DNA of 64,000 bases from an uncultured Gammaproteobacteria bacterium (lineage in GTDB: Bacteria > Patescibacteriota > Patescibacteriia > SG8-24 > DYFX01), in the NCBI GenBank assembly GCA_964532415.1, contig CAZHHN010000003.1, forward strand, positions 3,777 through 67,776. The letters are read 5' to 3'. The notes under the pieces were generated by a model. The model was not told the DNA's origin and searched no databases. It saw nothing but the letters and a program-made list of their open reading frames with translations. The first letter of the stretch is position 1. The number at the start of each line of letters is the position of its first letter. Below are positions 28,801 to 36,451 of the stretch, piece by piece. Position numbers and translations under genes: made by a program.

Positions 28801-29133
28801 GCAATCGCTCGTATTGGCACAGGTGGCGGAATCGCCTCCGGCGGCAAGTGCGTAGTTACGGCCATCGAAGTGGAATGCTTGGATGGCCTTGCCGGCGACG
28901 TAATCGCCGCCGTCATAGACCAGGTCCATCGATCCACTCGAGTGCCCGGGGAAACCGTCGCCGGTCCACCAGACCTTGGTACCGAGCGGCACCGTCGCGC
29001 AGGAACCGGCCAAGTATGTATTGGTGATGCCGGGCGCCGGAGCGGTGCCGACGGAAGCGTCCGGGGCTTCGGCCGATCCGGGCCCGACGTCTCCCGCACA
29101 GGCCATGGCGCCCAAGGCGAAGGCGAAAGCCAT
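25819..29133 (-). CDS. giant secreted lipoprotein: LamG/ConA-like domain, Myxococcus-type Cys-rich repeat, ~9 thrombospondin type-3 Ca-binding repeats, C-terminal LamG-like domain
   Basis: Start at MAFAFALGAMAC (lipobox-like). QCGDGVVTATSIGASEECDDGNLVDGDGCNSVC repeat. Repeated DxDxDGxxDCxDACxxDPxKTxPGxCGCGVxD units ending in CVDNCPTVPNPGQQDSNGNGIGDACE. Confidence 0.75.
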   Translation of the reverse strand: MAFAFALGAMACAGDVGPGSAEAPDASVGTAPAPGITNTYLAGSCATVPLGTKVWWTGDGFPGHSSGSMDLVYDGGDYVAGKAIQAFHFDGRNYALAAGGDSATCANTSDCSLMAWVRRMPGGTGDQSIMEFHGANRHFEFYVNAAGHLVYRVNSVPVVTVEGATNVADGAWHFVVLNLPNKLGMVNGNAAGPVDVYVDNAVDAHADLVEYQSNTQASDVDSLACNRRSSPGIDIDEPTVGRALTVAKIDDIWTSAEHGMCRLSTMNQCGDGVVTATSIGASEECDDGNLVDGDGCNSVCQIERPGIDGLVNRWRLDEASSGNTTNVLHDRDTPTGSSLGPNGAALPGSPWGPGSPGFTGAAGSMVSGSPTWTTVVGPPGIPDRRENHVGQGAFSIAFRANVGTSNGRDWFSKTGLLPLGNSIKISLGASGTDIGFLAGLAGTDEVHATVPTLVGAGWKHVAAVREADGTLRLYLDCVQVASLVHVAANVTNLNGMVFTTGPASQLQDMSFFRVALTPAQVCLVKDGLYTADSDGDGVRDGVDACPLDPAKSVSAGQCGCGVSDVDTDADGTADCNDECDTDPGKTVPGVCGCDVSDADGDGDGTPDCHDACATDPNKTAPGQCGCGVADTDTDGDGTADCHDACASDPNKTAPGTCGCGVADTDTDGDGFPNCIDACPIDPAKTVPGQCGCGVSDVDTDGDGTADCHDTCPLDPFKIAPGVCGCGTADLDGDGDGFPDCIDACPADPAKTVPGQCGCGVADTDSDNDGTPNCHDACPVDPNKTAPGQCGCGVADTDTDGDGTADCHDACASDPNKTAPGTCGCGVADTDGDGDGVPNCVDNCPTVPNPGQQDSNGNGIGDACEVVTLPAAEAAYAFDAGSGSVAADSTCHHNGTINGAQWVTSSPAGSSFGKALRFRDGKKDSVQSNTFPTSTNRSKLTLSAWTNATTNPAGGEDGVIAARATSTKGWRIKTSPDVGHDPTQPHYACELLLGNSGTIQINSVAIRHLGESHHVTCVYDGTSVPRRLDIYVDGLLSNGTMTGETTVIPASFAEPAAGTAFNIGRDSSGFMFWGLIDNVRVYYAALTGNQVSVDMTTPIGPPACP
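26590..27550. repeat. intragenic tandem DNA repeats (~114-nt units) encoding the TSP3 array
   Basis: Near-identical blocks, e.g. 26690-26800 vs 27170-27290 (ggcgcaggcgtcatgacagtcggccgtacc...cacactggcctggtgcagtcttattcggatc). Confidence 0.7.
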
Positions 29134-29391
29134 CGCCGTCAGGCATGGACGTAATAATCGCTTGCAGTTTCGCAGATGTAACACGAGAATCTCCTTTTTC
29201 TTGCGACGTTCCTGGGGAATACGACGAGAGATAAGCCAGACGATGTCAATGTACGGTGCAGCTTTGCCAGAAGGGTGTTTCGCACCCTTATTGCCTCCTG
29301 GCGACATGAAGTCCCGCGAACCTGAAGCCCGCGGGACGTTCAAAAAATACGCTGATTCGGACGGCGCGTCAAGCGGTCGTGGATGGGTCGC

Positions 29392-29685
29392 TCAAACTGT
29401 TTTGGTGGCCGTGCCGATGCTGTCCGAAACGGTGATCGAGACGGTCGAATCGGGCTTCACGTCCACGCGCGCATAGATGTCCCACGGATAGAAGGTGAAA
29501 GTCTTCGATCCGGTGAACGAACCCGACCAGTAGGGCGGAATGGCGACGCCATACCGGCGATATTTGATCCGGACGGACGGGTTCGCGGCGGTCAATGTCA
29601 TCGTCCAGCTGACGCCGATCGCGACACGCCAATAGGCGTTGGTCCACGTTCCTCCTGCGGCCATACAGAAGCTTGCGTGAGTCAA
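29392..29685 (-). CDS. small hypothetical protein (97 aa), possibly secreted
   Basis: ORF with high GC3 and W/Y-rich composition between two minus-strand genes. No family recognised. Confidence 0.3.
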   Translation of the reverse strand: MTHASFCMAAGGTWTNAYWRVAIGVSWTMTLTAANPSVRIKYRRYGVAIPPYWSGSFTGSKTFTFYPWDIYARVDVKPDSTVSITVSDSIGTATKTV

Positions 29686-29703
29686 TTCAGGGAGCCTCGA
29701 AGT

Positions 29704-30558
29704 TCAACCGGCAATCTCAGAGGGAGCGGGTTGCCACCAAGGCAACGAATTCCCGCTCGACAAAGCGACGACTTCCTGCGGGCTCTTCGGCAAAAACCAA
29801 TCCCGCAACTTCAGAGGGCGTCCGATCACGACCAAGAGGGCGAGCGGAGCGGCGATGTTGCCGAATCGCTCCACGAACTCCCAGACCGGCTCACTGACCA
29901 ACAGGCGGGCGAACGGATCGAAACACAGGAAAATAAGCGCGAGCAGGACCGGACCCCGGGCCGGCCGGAGCAGAATGATGGCTCCGAGCGCCATTTCAAT
30001 CCAGCCGAAGGTCTTGATCATATGATAGGCATCGACGAAGGCATGGTCGAAGCCGTAGGCGGCCATGTAGGTGTACCACAGCTTTTTGGCAACGATGGCA
30101 CCATAGGCCCCGTGCCCGAGAAAATGGACGGCGGTTCCGAGCACCAGGCACCAGGAAATGAAGCGCAATCTCTTTGACTTATCGATCGCCGTTTTCAGAT
30201 AGAAGGGGCTCGGGAATTGCATGAACAGGAACGCCAACGGGACGATCCAGTTCGGAAACCGCTCGAAGAATTCGGCCCAGCCCTCGCCGGCGAGCGGACG
30301 AAGCAAGGCGGTCCAAAACCCCCAGCTGACCATGTAATACAAGGCGGGCCGCGAAGGCCTGAGAAGGATGGAGATGGCGATGCTGACATCGAAAATGCCG
30401 ATGGCACGCATGAGCGGCCAGGCAATGGCCGGCGTGATGCCGACGGCCGCAAAATACGGAAGCCAGCCGACTTTTCCTCCGATCACCCCGAACATGCCGT
30501 GCCCGATGAAGATACCCGCGGTCCCGATCCGAAGGATCCAATGAAGGGTTTTGTGCAT
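29704..30558 (-). CDS. polytopic membrane protein with internally duplicated DoxX-like halves
   Basis: 284 aa, ~8 TM helices. Repeated (I/L)GTAxxFxGHGxxG motif (RIGTAGIFIGHGMFGV / VLGTAVHFLGHGAYGA). Confidence 0.45.
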   Translation of the reverse strand: MHKTLHWILRIGTAGIFIGHGMFGVIGGKVGWLPYFAAVGITPAIAWPLMRAIGIFDVSIAISILLRPSRPALYYMVSWGFWTALLRPLAGEGWAEFFERFPNWIVPLAFLFMQFPSPFYLKTAIDKSKRLRFISWCLVLGTAVHFLGHGAYGAIVAKKLWYTYMAAYGFDHAFVDAYHMIKTFGWIEMALGAIILLRPARGPVLLALIFLCFDPFARLLVSEPVWEFVERFGNIAAPLALLVVIGRPLKLRDWFLPKSPQEVVALSSGNSLPWWQPAPSEIAG

Positions 30559-30650
30559 AGTATCTTCATGATACTACATACGCGCGCAAATGCATAAAGA
30601 CGCCCGGATCGGGTTAATCTTACAATATTCCCTGGTCACAAACCGCGTCT

Positions 30651-30686
30651 ATGGAAAATCCCCCAGCGCAAGGCTGGAGGATTTTC
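30651..30686. repeat. perfect nested inverted repeat (15-bp stem hairpin) abutting direct repeat L
   Basis: GGAAAATCC-CCCAGC-gcaag-GCTGG-a-GGATTTTCC. No flanking T-run. Confidence 0.6.
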
Positions 30687-30761
30687 CATGGCGGCCCTTG
30701 GCGTACGAACTTCGAACCTTCTTTACGGCCAATAGAGTCTTTGTACCGGCCTTTGCCTAGC
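30682..30761. repeat. direct repeat L (~80 bp) flanking the copper cassette
   Basis: ttccatggcggcccttggcGtaCgaacttcgaaccttctttacggccaaTagAgtctttgtaccGGcctttgcctagc. ~92% identical to 35026-35105. Confidence 0.8.
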
Positions 30762-30772
30762 CGTTTATGGCG

Positions 30773-31162
30773 TTATCCCTGTACGTCTAAGGCAAACCGA
30801 TACATCCCCATCCCGCAGGTTCCTTGGAGTGACCCCTCTTGGAGTGTCCCGAGCGCGATATCAGTCGTGCCGGTGGGCGGAAGCATCTTGTCCACACCGA
30901 GGCTCGGAATGCGGACTTGCGACGAGCAGTCATACGTGGCATTCGTCTCGAACCTCAAGACGGTCGGCATGCCCGCTTTCACCGTGCTCGTTCCCGGCTG
31001 GTAGCCGCCTTTCACCTTGATGCGCACGATCTGTGTTGCATCGACGACCGACACGTTCGTTCCGGTCGGTGCAGTGACGGCGGGCTGGGACGGTCCGCCA
31101 CGGAAAAGGACGAAAGCGCCAATGACGATGACTGCCGCAGCGAGAATCGTAGTTGGTTTCAT
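30773..31162 (-). CDS. cupredoxin-like (Cupredoxin_1/EfeO-N-like) secreted protein, putative Cu-binding
   Basis: 129 aa. Signal/TM anchor, then VKGGYQPGTSTVKAGMPTVLRFETNATYDCSSQ...GTCGMGMY, a beta-sandwich cupredoxin-like pattern with Cys/Met ligand candidates. Last gene of the cop operon. Confidence 0.5.
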   Translation of the reverse strand: MKPTTILAAAVIVIGAFVLFRGGPSQPAVTAPTGTNVSVVDATQIVRIKVKGGYQPGTSTVKAGMPTVLRFETNATYDCSSQVRIPSLGVDKMLPPTGTTDIALGTLQEGSLQGTCGMGMYRFALDVQG

Positions 31163-31166
31163 GGGG

Positions 31167-32189
31167 TTAGATGTTGAAGAAGGGAGGGATGTAACCGGCC
31201 GCGACGAGGGCGTTCAGGATAGTGAACAGGGCGAATAGGATCACGATGATTCCGGCCGTCTTGAAGAAGACGCCCTTGTTGCGGCTTTTCTCGACGCTGA
31301 ACGAGCTGAAGCTGATGAGCGCGAGGACCGGGAACGTCCCAAGCGCGAACGCCAGCATCGTCAGGCCGCCTTTCAGAAAGCTGCCGGTCGTGAGGGCATA
31401 GAGCTGCATCGACTGCGTGAAACCGCACGGCAGGAAGAACGTGGCGACGCCGACCAAGAGCGGCGTGAGCGTGTGGTTGAGCTTCGAGATGCCGAACGCA
31501 TGCTTGGAGAAAGCCCTGGGCATCGCGGGCTGGAACCTCTTGGTCCAATCGAAGACGTCCAGCAGATTGATGCCGAGGATGAACATGACGATGCCGACGA
31601 TGACGCCCAAGACGAGAGTGGCGGAAGCGTTCAGCCGGAACGCCGAGCCCGCCACGCCGATTGCTCCCCCGAGCACGAAGAACGAGACGATCCGCCCGGC
31701 GTGGAACATCATCTGCGGCCTCGTCCTGTCGCCTTCCTTGGCGAAGGTAGCCGACATCGAGAGCACCAATCCGCCCACGACCGCCAGGCAGGTGGACAGC
31801 GAGGCGACGGCGCCGATCACGAAGGCGGTGCCATACGTAACATTGCTGCCCGTAATGAGGTTGACCAAGCCCGCCTTTTGGAGGGCGAGGAACCCGATCA
31901 TGATCGCCGCCGCGATCGGAAGTGCGTACTGGAACTCTCTCCAGTTCTTTTTCCGCAGCGGCTTGTCGACCGAGAGCGTGTAGCTGTATTTTTCAAGGAT
32001 GGCAGTCAGGTCGCCCGCAATCGCCACGGTTTCTTTGCCTCCAAAATCCCCGGTCACTTCGACGGTATGCGTCTTCAGGCTCGATTTCGCCCGGATAATA
32101 TACGGCACGTCCTGCAATTCGCTCTCGGTCATAAGAATGCAGGCGTCGCAGTGCATCCCCGTAATGTGGAAGAGAAGTGTCTTTTCCAT
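31167..32189 (-). CDS. HMA-domain (MxCxxC) fused to DsbD_2/TauE-like polytopic membrane protein
   Basis: N-terminal HITGMHCDACI heavy-metal-associated motif. ~8 TM helices with conserved Cys (LSTCLAV, FFLPCGF). Confidence 0.65.
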   Translation of the reverse strand: MEKTLLFHITGMHCDACILMTESELQDVPYIIRAKSSLKTHTVEVTGDFGGKETVAIAGDLTAILEKYSYTLSVDKPLRKKNWREFQYALPIAAAIMIGFLALQKAGLVNLITGSNVTYGTAFVIGAVASLSTCLAVVGGLVLSMSATFAKEGDRTRPQMMFHAGRIVSFFVLGGAIGVAGSAFRLNASATLVLGVIVGIVMFILGINLLDVFDWTKRFQPAMPRAFSKHAFGISKLNHTLTPLLVGVATFFLPCGFTQSMQLYALTTGSFLKGGLTMLAFALGTFPVLALISFSSFSVEKSRNKGVFFKTAGIIVILFALFTILNALVAAGYIPPFFNI

Positions 32190-32192
32190 ACG

Positions 32193-34460
32193 TCATAGCT
32201 TCTTCGTCTTCAGCCGGAGCGAATTGCCGACGACCGAAAAACTGGAGAAAGCCATCGCCAGCCCCGCGAAGACAGGGCTCAGCAGCCAGCCGAAGATCGG
32301 ATAGAACAGCCCGGCCGCGAGCGGGATACCCACCGTGTTATAGATGAAGGCCCAGAACAGGTTTTGCCTGATCCCGCGCATGGTCATCTTCGAGAGCCGG
32401 ATCGCTTTCACGAGGCGGGAGATGTCGCCGTGGAGCAGCGTGATCCCGGCCGATTCGATGGCGACGTCCGTGCCGGTCGCCATGGCGATGCCGACGTCTG
32501 CTTTGGCGAGCGCCGGAGCGTCGTTCACACCGTCTCCGGCCATGGCGACGACGCGACCGTCCGACTGCAAGCTCTTGATCTTGTCGAGCTTGCCCTCGGG
32601 CAGGACTTCCGCGACGATCTCGTCCACGCCCGCCTGTCTGCCGATGAACTCGGCCGTGTTTCTGTCGTCGCCGGTCAGCATGACGACCTTGATGCCAAGC
32701 GCGTGGAGGCTTGAGACGGCTTCCGCCGCCCCTTCCCGCAGCGCATCAGCAACCATGACGACCGCCAGTACGCCCCGCGCTGTCGCAAGCAGCACCGGCG
32801 TCTTACCTTCCGAGGTTTCTGCTTGAAGGCAGGCGGCGTCGAATCGCAGCTTGAGCGCTGTAATGAGCTTAGCATTGCCTGCGTAGTATTCAGTGCCGTT
32901 CACGGTTCCTTTCACGCCTTGACCCTTGATCGCCTCGAAACTATCGACGGGCAGAAGAGCAATCTTCTTGCCTTCGGCATACGCCTCGATCGCGTGCGCG
33001 ATGGGATGTTCCGATTTCTTCTCCAACGAGGCCAGAATCGCAACGAGCTCCCGCTCGTCCGTATCGACGAAGCGGCGAAGAGAGACGAGTTCCGGCTTGC
33101 CCTTGGTCAGGGTGCCCGTCTTGTCGATTACGACCGTATCGACCTCGTGCAGCCGTTCGAGCGTCGCCGCATCTTTAATAAGGATGCCTTCCTTCGCGCC
33201 CTTGCCGACGCCCACAATGATGGCCGTCGGCGTAGCGAGGCCGAGCGCGCACGGGCAGGCGATAACGAGCACGCCCACGAAGGAGACGAGGCCGTTCGAA
33301 AGCGCCTGCGAGAAGCCGAGGGGCTGCGTGCCGAAAACGAGCCAAGCGGCCAAGGTCACGAATGCCACGACAAGGACGCCCGGCACGAAAACGGCCGAAA
33401 TCCTGTCCGCAAGGGCCTGGATCGGCGCGCGGCTCCCTTGGGCTTCCTCCACCATCTTGATGATGCGCGAAAGCATCGTTTCCGCCCCGACTTTGGTTGC
33501 CTTGAACGTGAAGGAGCCGGTCGTATTCATGGTTCCCGAAACGACCGCATCTCCGGCCGATTTCTTCACGGGCATCGGCTCCCCTGTGACGACGGCCTCA
33601 TCCACGTAGGACGATCCTTCAACGACGGTGCCGTCGACGGGAAGGCGTCCTGCAGGTTTCACGACGATCAGATCGCCGTGCACGACCCGATCAACAGACA
33701 GTTCCTGCTCCTTGCCGTCACGGACGACGAGCGCGGTCTTCACCTGGAGGTTCAGCAGCTTCTCAATGGCGTCGCCGGTCCTGAGCTTCGAGCGGGCTTC
33801 AAGATACTTGCCGAGCGCGATGAAGGTGATGACGACGATCGTGACGTCGTAGTAGGTGTGCTCGACGTTCATGAAGGGCTTGAGCACATCCTCGAACGCC
33901 GACACGGCGAAACTGTAGAGATACGCAGCCGCGGTGCCGAGGCCGATCAGCGTATCCATGTTCGCCTTGCCATAGCGCAGGAAGCGGTACAGGCCGAGCA
34001 GATACGGTTTGCCGACGACGAAGAGGGTGTAGGTCGCCATCAGCGGGAGCAGGTGGTGAGAGAACTCGTCCCAAAGATACGGAATCGCCGGGACAGCGCC
34101 GAGCTGCGTGGCGATCTCCCAGCCCATGACGAAAACACTGAACGCGGCGAGCGGGATGATTGAAAGCACCTGGCCCCGCATTTCGGCGATCTCCGCGAGC
34201 TTCTCGTTTTTTGACTGGTTCGTACCTGCGTGTCTGGAGTGGTCCTCCGGCATCATCAATTTGTATCCGAGATGTTCGATGTGTTTCGAAAGCTGTTCCG
34301 GGCTGGTTTTCGAGGCGTCGAAAGCGAGCTTGGCGGTCTCGGTACCATAGTTCACCTCGGCCGAGACGACGCCTACCGTTTTCTTGAGCGTCTTTTCGAT
34401 GATGCCCGCGCAGGAAGCGCAGTGCATACCCTTGATCTTGTAGATTGTTGTTCCATCCAT
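32193..34460 (-). CDS. copA: copper-translocating P1B-type ATPase CopA
   Basis: N-terminal GMHCASC HMA. CPC (ACPCALGLATP). Phosphorylation DKTGTLT. HP and GDGVNDAPAL motifs. 755 aa. Confidence 0.92.
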   Translation of the reverse strand: MDGTTIYKIKGMHCASCAGIIEKTLKKTVGVVSAEVNYGTETAKLAFDASKTSPEQLSKHIEHLGYKLMMPEDHSRHAGTNQSKNEKLAEIAEMRGQVLSIIPLAAFSVFVMGWEIATQLGAVPAIPYLWDEFSHHLLPLMATYTLFVVGKPYLLGLYRFLRYGKANMDTLIGLGTAAAYLYSFAVSAFEDVLKPFMNVEHTYYDVTIVVITFIALGKYLEARSKLRTGDAIEKLLNLQVKTALVVRDGKEQELSVDRVVHGDLIVVKPAGRLPVDGTVVEGSSYVDEAVVTGEPMPVKKSAGDAVVSGTMNTTGSFTFKATKVGAETMLSRIIKMVEEAQGSRAPIQALADRISAVFVPGVLVVAFVTLAAWLVFGTQPLGFSQALSNGLVSFVGVLVIACPCALGLATPTAIIVGVGKGAKEGILIKDAATLERLHEVDTVVIDKTGTLTKGKPELVSLRRFVDTDERELVAILASLEKKSEHPIAHAIEAYAEGKKIALLPVDSFEAIKGQGVKGTVNGTEYYAGNAKLITALKLRFDAACLQAETSEGKTPVLLATARGVLAVVMVADALREGAAEAVSSLHALGIKVVMLTGDDRNTAEFIGRQAGVDEIVAEVLPEGKLDKIKSLQSDGRVVAMAGDGVNDAPALAKADVGIAMATGTDVAIESAGITLLHGDISRLVKAIRLSKMTMRGIRQNLFWAFIYNTVGIPLAAGLFYPIFGWLLSPVFAGLAMAFSSFSVVGNSLRLKTKKL

Positions 34461-34509
34461 ATGTTCAGGTAAATGAAAACCAAGCGGGGGCCAAAGCCGA
34501 CGCTTGGTT

Positions 34510-34884
34510 TCAATTACGCAAGATGATGGTGGAGAGATTTTGATGCAAAAGGAGTTTTCCTATGCCCGAACGCCAGCGAGGATGAACGCGCTCAACGCGA
34601 CCGACTTCCGCAAGCCGCTCGTGGAGAAAGAGGATGAGCAGCGCCAACACGAAAACGGCGAAGGGAAAAAGCGGCGCGGGACTTGAGGCCGGGATAGCGG
34701 AGAGGCAGTGGCTCAGGCATTCCATGCCAGACATGTCGCCGGGCATCGAATCGCAGACGGAGCCGATGCAGGTGCCGTGATCCGTGGCCATTCCAGAACC
34801 CATGCCGAAAAATGCCAGTCCCGCGAACGTCGTGACGAAGAGGACAAGCGAGGCGATCAGGAATGAAAGGAGGGTGCGGCGCAT
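34510..34884 (-). CDS. small membrane protein with Met/Cys/His-rich periplasmic segment (putative Cu-binding)
   Basis: 124 aa. TM, then GMGSGMATDHGTCIGSVCDSMPGDMSGMECLSHC, then TM. First gene of the cop operon. Confidence 0.45.
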   Translation of the reverse strand: MRRTLLSFLIASLVLFVTTFAGLAFFGMGSGMATDHGTCIGSVCDSMPGDMSGMECLSHCLSAIPASSPAPLFPFAVFVLALLILFLHERLAEVGRVERVHPRWRSGIGKLLLHQNLSTIILRN

Positions 34885-34912
34885 ACCAATTAGAACGATA
34901 GCACCGAAGATG

Positions 34913-34927
34913 TCTCTTGGAAAGAGA
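34913..34927. promoter_or_regulatory. palindrome TCTCTTggaAAGAGA upstream of the cop operon (candidate operator)
   Basis: Perfect 6-bp arms, 3-bp spacer, ~30-45 nt upstream of ATG 34884. Confidence 0.3.
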
Positions 34928-35025
34928 GACCAGTATTTCTGCTGCTCCCTCTGTGCACGCTGGCCTCAATACTTCGGCGCCACAAGCGTGACCTGAATGC
35001 AAAACGCCCAGGACTTGCCTGAGCG

Positions 35026-35105
35026 TTCCACATGGCGGCCCTTGGCTTATGAACTTCGAACCTTCTTTACGGCCAACAGGGTCTTTGTACCAACCTTTGC
35101 CTAGC
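35026..35105. repeat. direct repeat R (~80 bp) flanking the copper cassette
   Basis: Same sequence as 30682-30761 with 6 substitutions. Contains GGTTCGAAG and GGGCCGCCA (minus-strand sense), reminiscent of a tRNA T-loop and 3' end. Confidence 0.8.
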
Positions 35106-35174
35106 TCCGCCTCATACTTTGGCCATTCGGGTCTGCCGGTACGGAGTTGTAGCTGCAGGGCATTTGCGAGGATG

Positions 35175-36221
35175 TTAGAACTTGTGCGCTTCCAGCCATG
35201 CGAAAAGCTCAATCCAAACTTGGAGAAGCGCTGCCTTTTCTTTTTCTTCCCCCTTCTTCCATTCGCTCGCGCCCAAATCCAGCATGACGGTGTTCATCGC
35301 GAAGTTCAGCAGATTGAACCAATATTGCTGATCTTCGGAAGGATCACGACCAAGTACTCCCGTACTCCACAGATTTGTCCACTCTTCAATGCGCCGCACG
35401 ATGGAAGCCAGAGTAACATGCTCATCGCGGGTATGCATGATATCGACCCACATCGGAAAAGCGAGTTCATAGTGCCGTGGGCGATACGACCAATACAGAT
35501 TCGCAAGGAGGGTGAAGCCGTCGATTGTCTCGTCGTATTTGACGTCGAATCCCGAGAGATGCCCGTGGGTGAAGTGAATATCGCCTAGCTGGCATCGATC
35601 AAGAACGGCGAAGTAGCGTGACCGCAAATCCTCAACGATATACCTTTCGACATGTTGATTGGCTGACGCCGCGGCAATCTCCGAAAAGTGCGCGTGGGCT
35701 TCCCGATACCTTTCCTGCATTGTCCCCTTTGGCATCGGAAGCCACGGATCGGCCGGGAGCATGAGATCGAAGAACTCTTTGAGAAAATCGGCGTGACGTT
35801 CTTGCTCACGAGAAGTTGGTCGCTGACCCTCCCAGAGATTAGGAAGTCCTGACAGATCTTCAAAAATGATGAAACCGTACCCATCCTTTTCGTTCCATGC
35901 CTTGTCAATCAGCATTCCCGGCAGCCTAATACGCGCACTACGGTTGTGCTCGCTCACGTGTCGGATAATAAAACCTTCATCGAACGGCAACGGCCGAAGT
36001 TGAAGTTTTACCACCGCGCGAGTTTCGCCTTTCTGCGCTCGAACGATAAAACTCCCTACCTTTTGGCTGTCGTAATAGACGCCAGAAAAAAGACGGTTGT
36101 TGACGTCGGTTTTCCATCCATACTGCGATTCAATTTCGCTTAACGCGCGTGCCATCAACTCCTTGCCATCATTGGCAGAAAGCGCATTATCCGTAATTCT
36201 ATTGCCGTATTCCTTTGCCAT
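35175..36221 (-). CDS. phosphotransferase-family kinase (APH/choline-kinase-like fold)
   Basis: 348 aa. Brenner-like motif IHFTHGHLSGFDVKYD. Lower-GC codon usage than the surrounding core genes. Confidence 0.4.
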   Translation of the reverse strand: MAKEYGNRITDNALSANDGKELMARALSEIESQYGWKTDVNNRLFSGVYYDSQKVGSFIVRAQKGETRAVVKLQLRPLPFDEGFIIRHVSEHNRSARIRLPGMLIDKAWNEKDGYGFIIFEDLSGLPNLWEGQRPTSREQERHADFLKEFFDLMLPADPWLPMPKGTMQERYREAHAHFSEIAAASANQHVERYIVEDLRSRYFAVLDRCQLGDIHFTHGHLSGFDVKYDETIDGFTLLANLYWSYRPRHYELAFPMWVDIMHTRDEHVTLASIVRRIEEWTNLWSTGVLGRDPSEDQQYWFNLLNFAMNTVMLDLGASEWKKGEEKEKAALLQVWIELFAWLEAHKF

Positions 36222-36313
36222 TTTTACATGGTGGCATAGTCCGCTTCCTTATGAAAGGACGGCGATTCCAAGCATCCCGACAAAAACACCTCTCGTTTGA
36301 GAGGTGTTCTTGC

Positions 36314-36391
36314 TGGCGGGCCGGACGGGATTCGAACCCGCGATTTCCTCCGTGACAGGGAGGCGCGATAACCGGGCTTCGCTACCGGCCC
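36314..36391 (-). tRNA. tRNA-Asp (anticodon GTC)
   Basis: Minus-strand sequence GGGCCGGTAGCGAAGCCCGGTTATCGCGCCTCCCTGTCACGGAGGAAATCGCGGGTTCGAATCCCGTCCGGCCCGCCA. 7-bp acceptor, anticodon loop CTGTCAC, T-loop GGTTCGAATCC, encoded CCA. Confidence 0.85.
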
Positions 36392-36451
36392 AGATTGGAC
36401 TGCCCCAATGTAGCAGAAGAGCCCGGGCCTGGCAAGACCGGCCGGCCGGAT

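Noticed and set aside
35026-35105. direct repeat interpreted as a tRNA or tRNA pseudogene
   Set aside because: Contains T-loop-like GGTTCGAAG and a GCCGCCA end. No cloverleaf can be drawn (D-arm/anticodon arm missing, length ~89 nt). Treated as tRNA-derived att-like repeat only.
30600-36400. prophage or ICE
   Set aside because: No integrase, recombinase, capsid or conjugation genes. Only a cargo cassette with repeats, so it is called a remnant islet.
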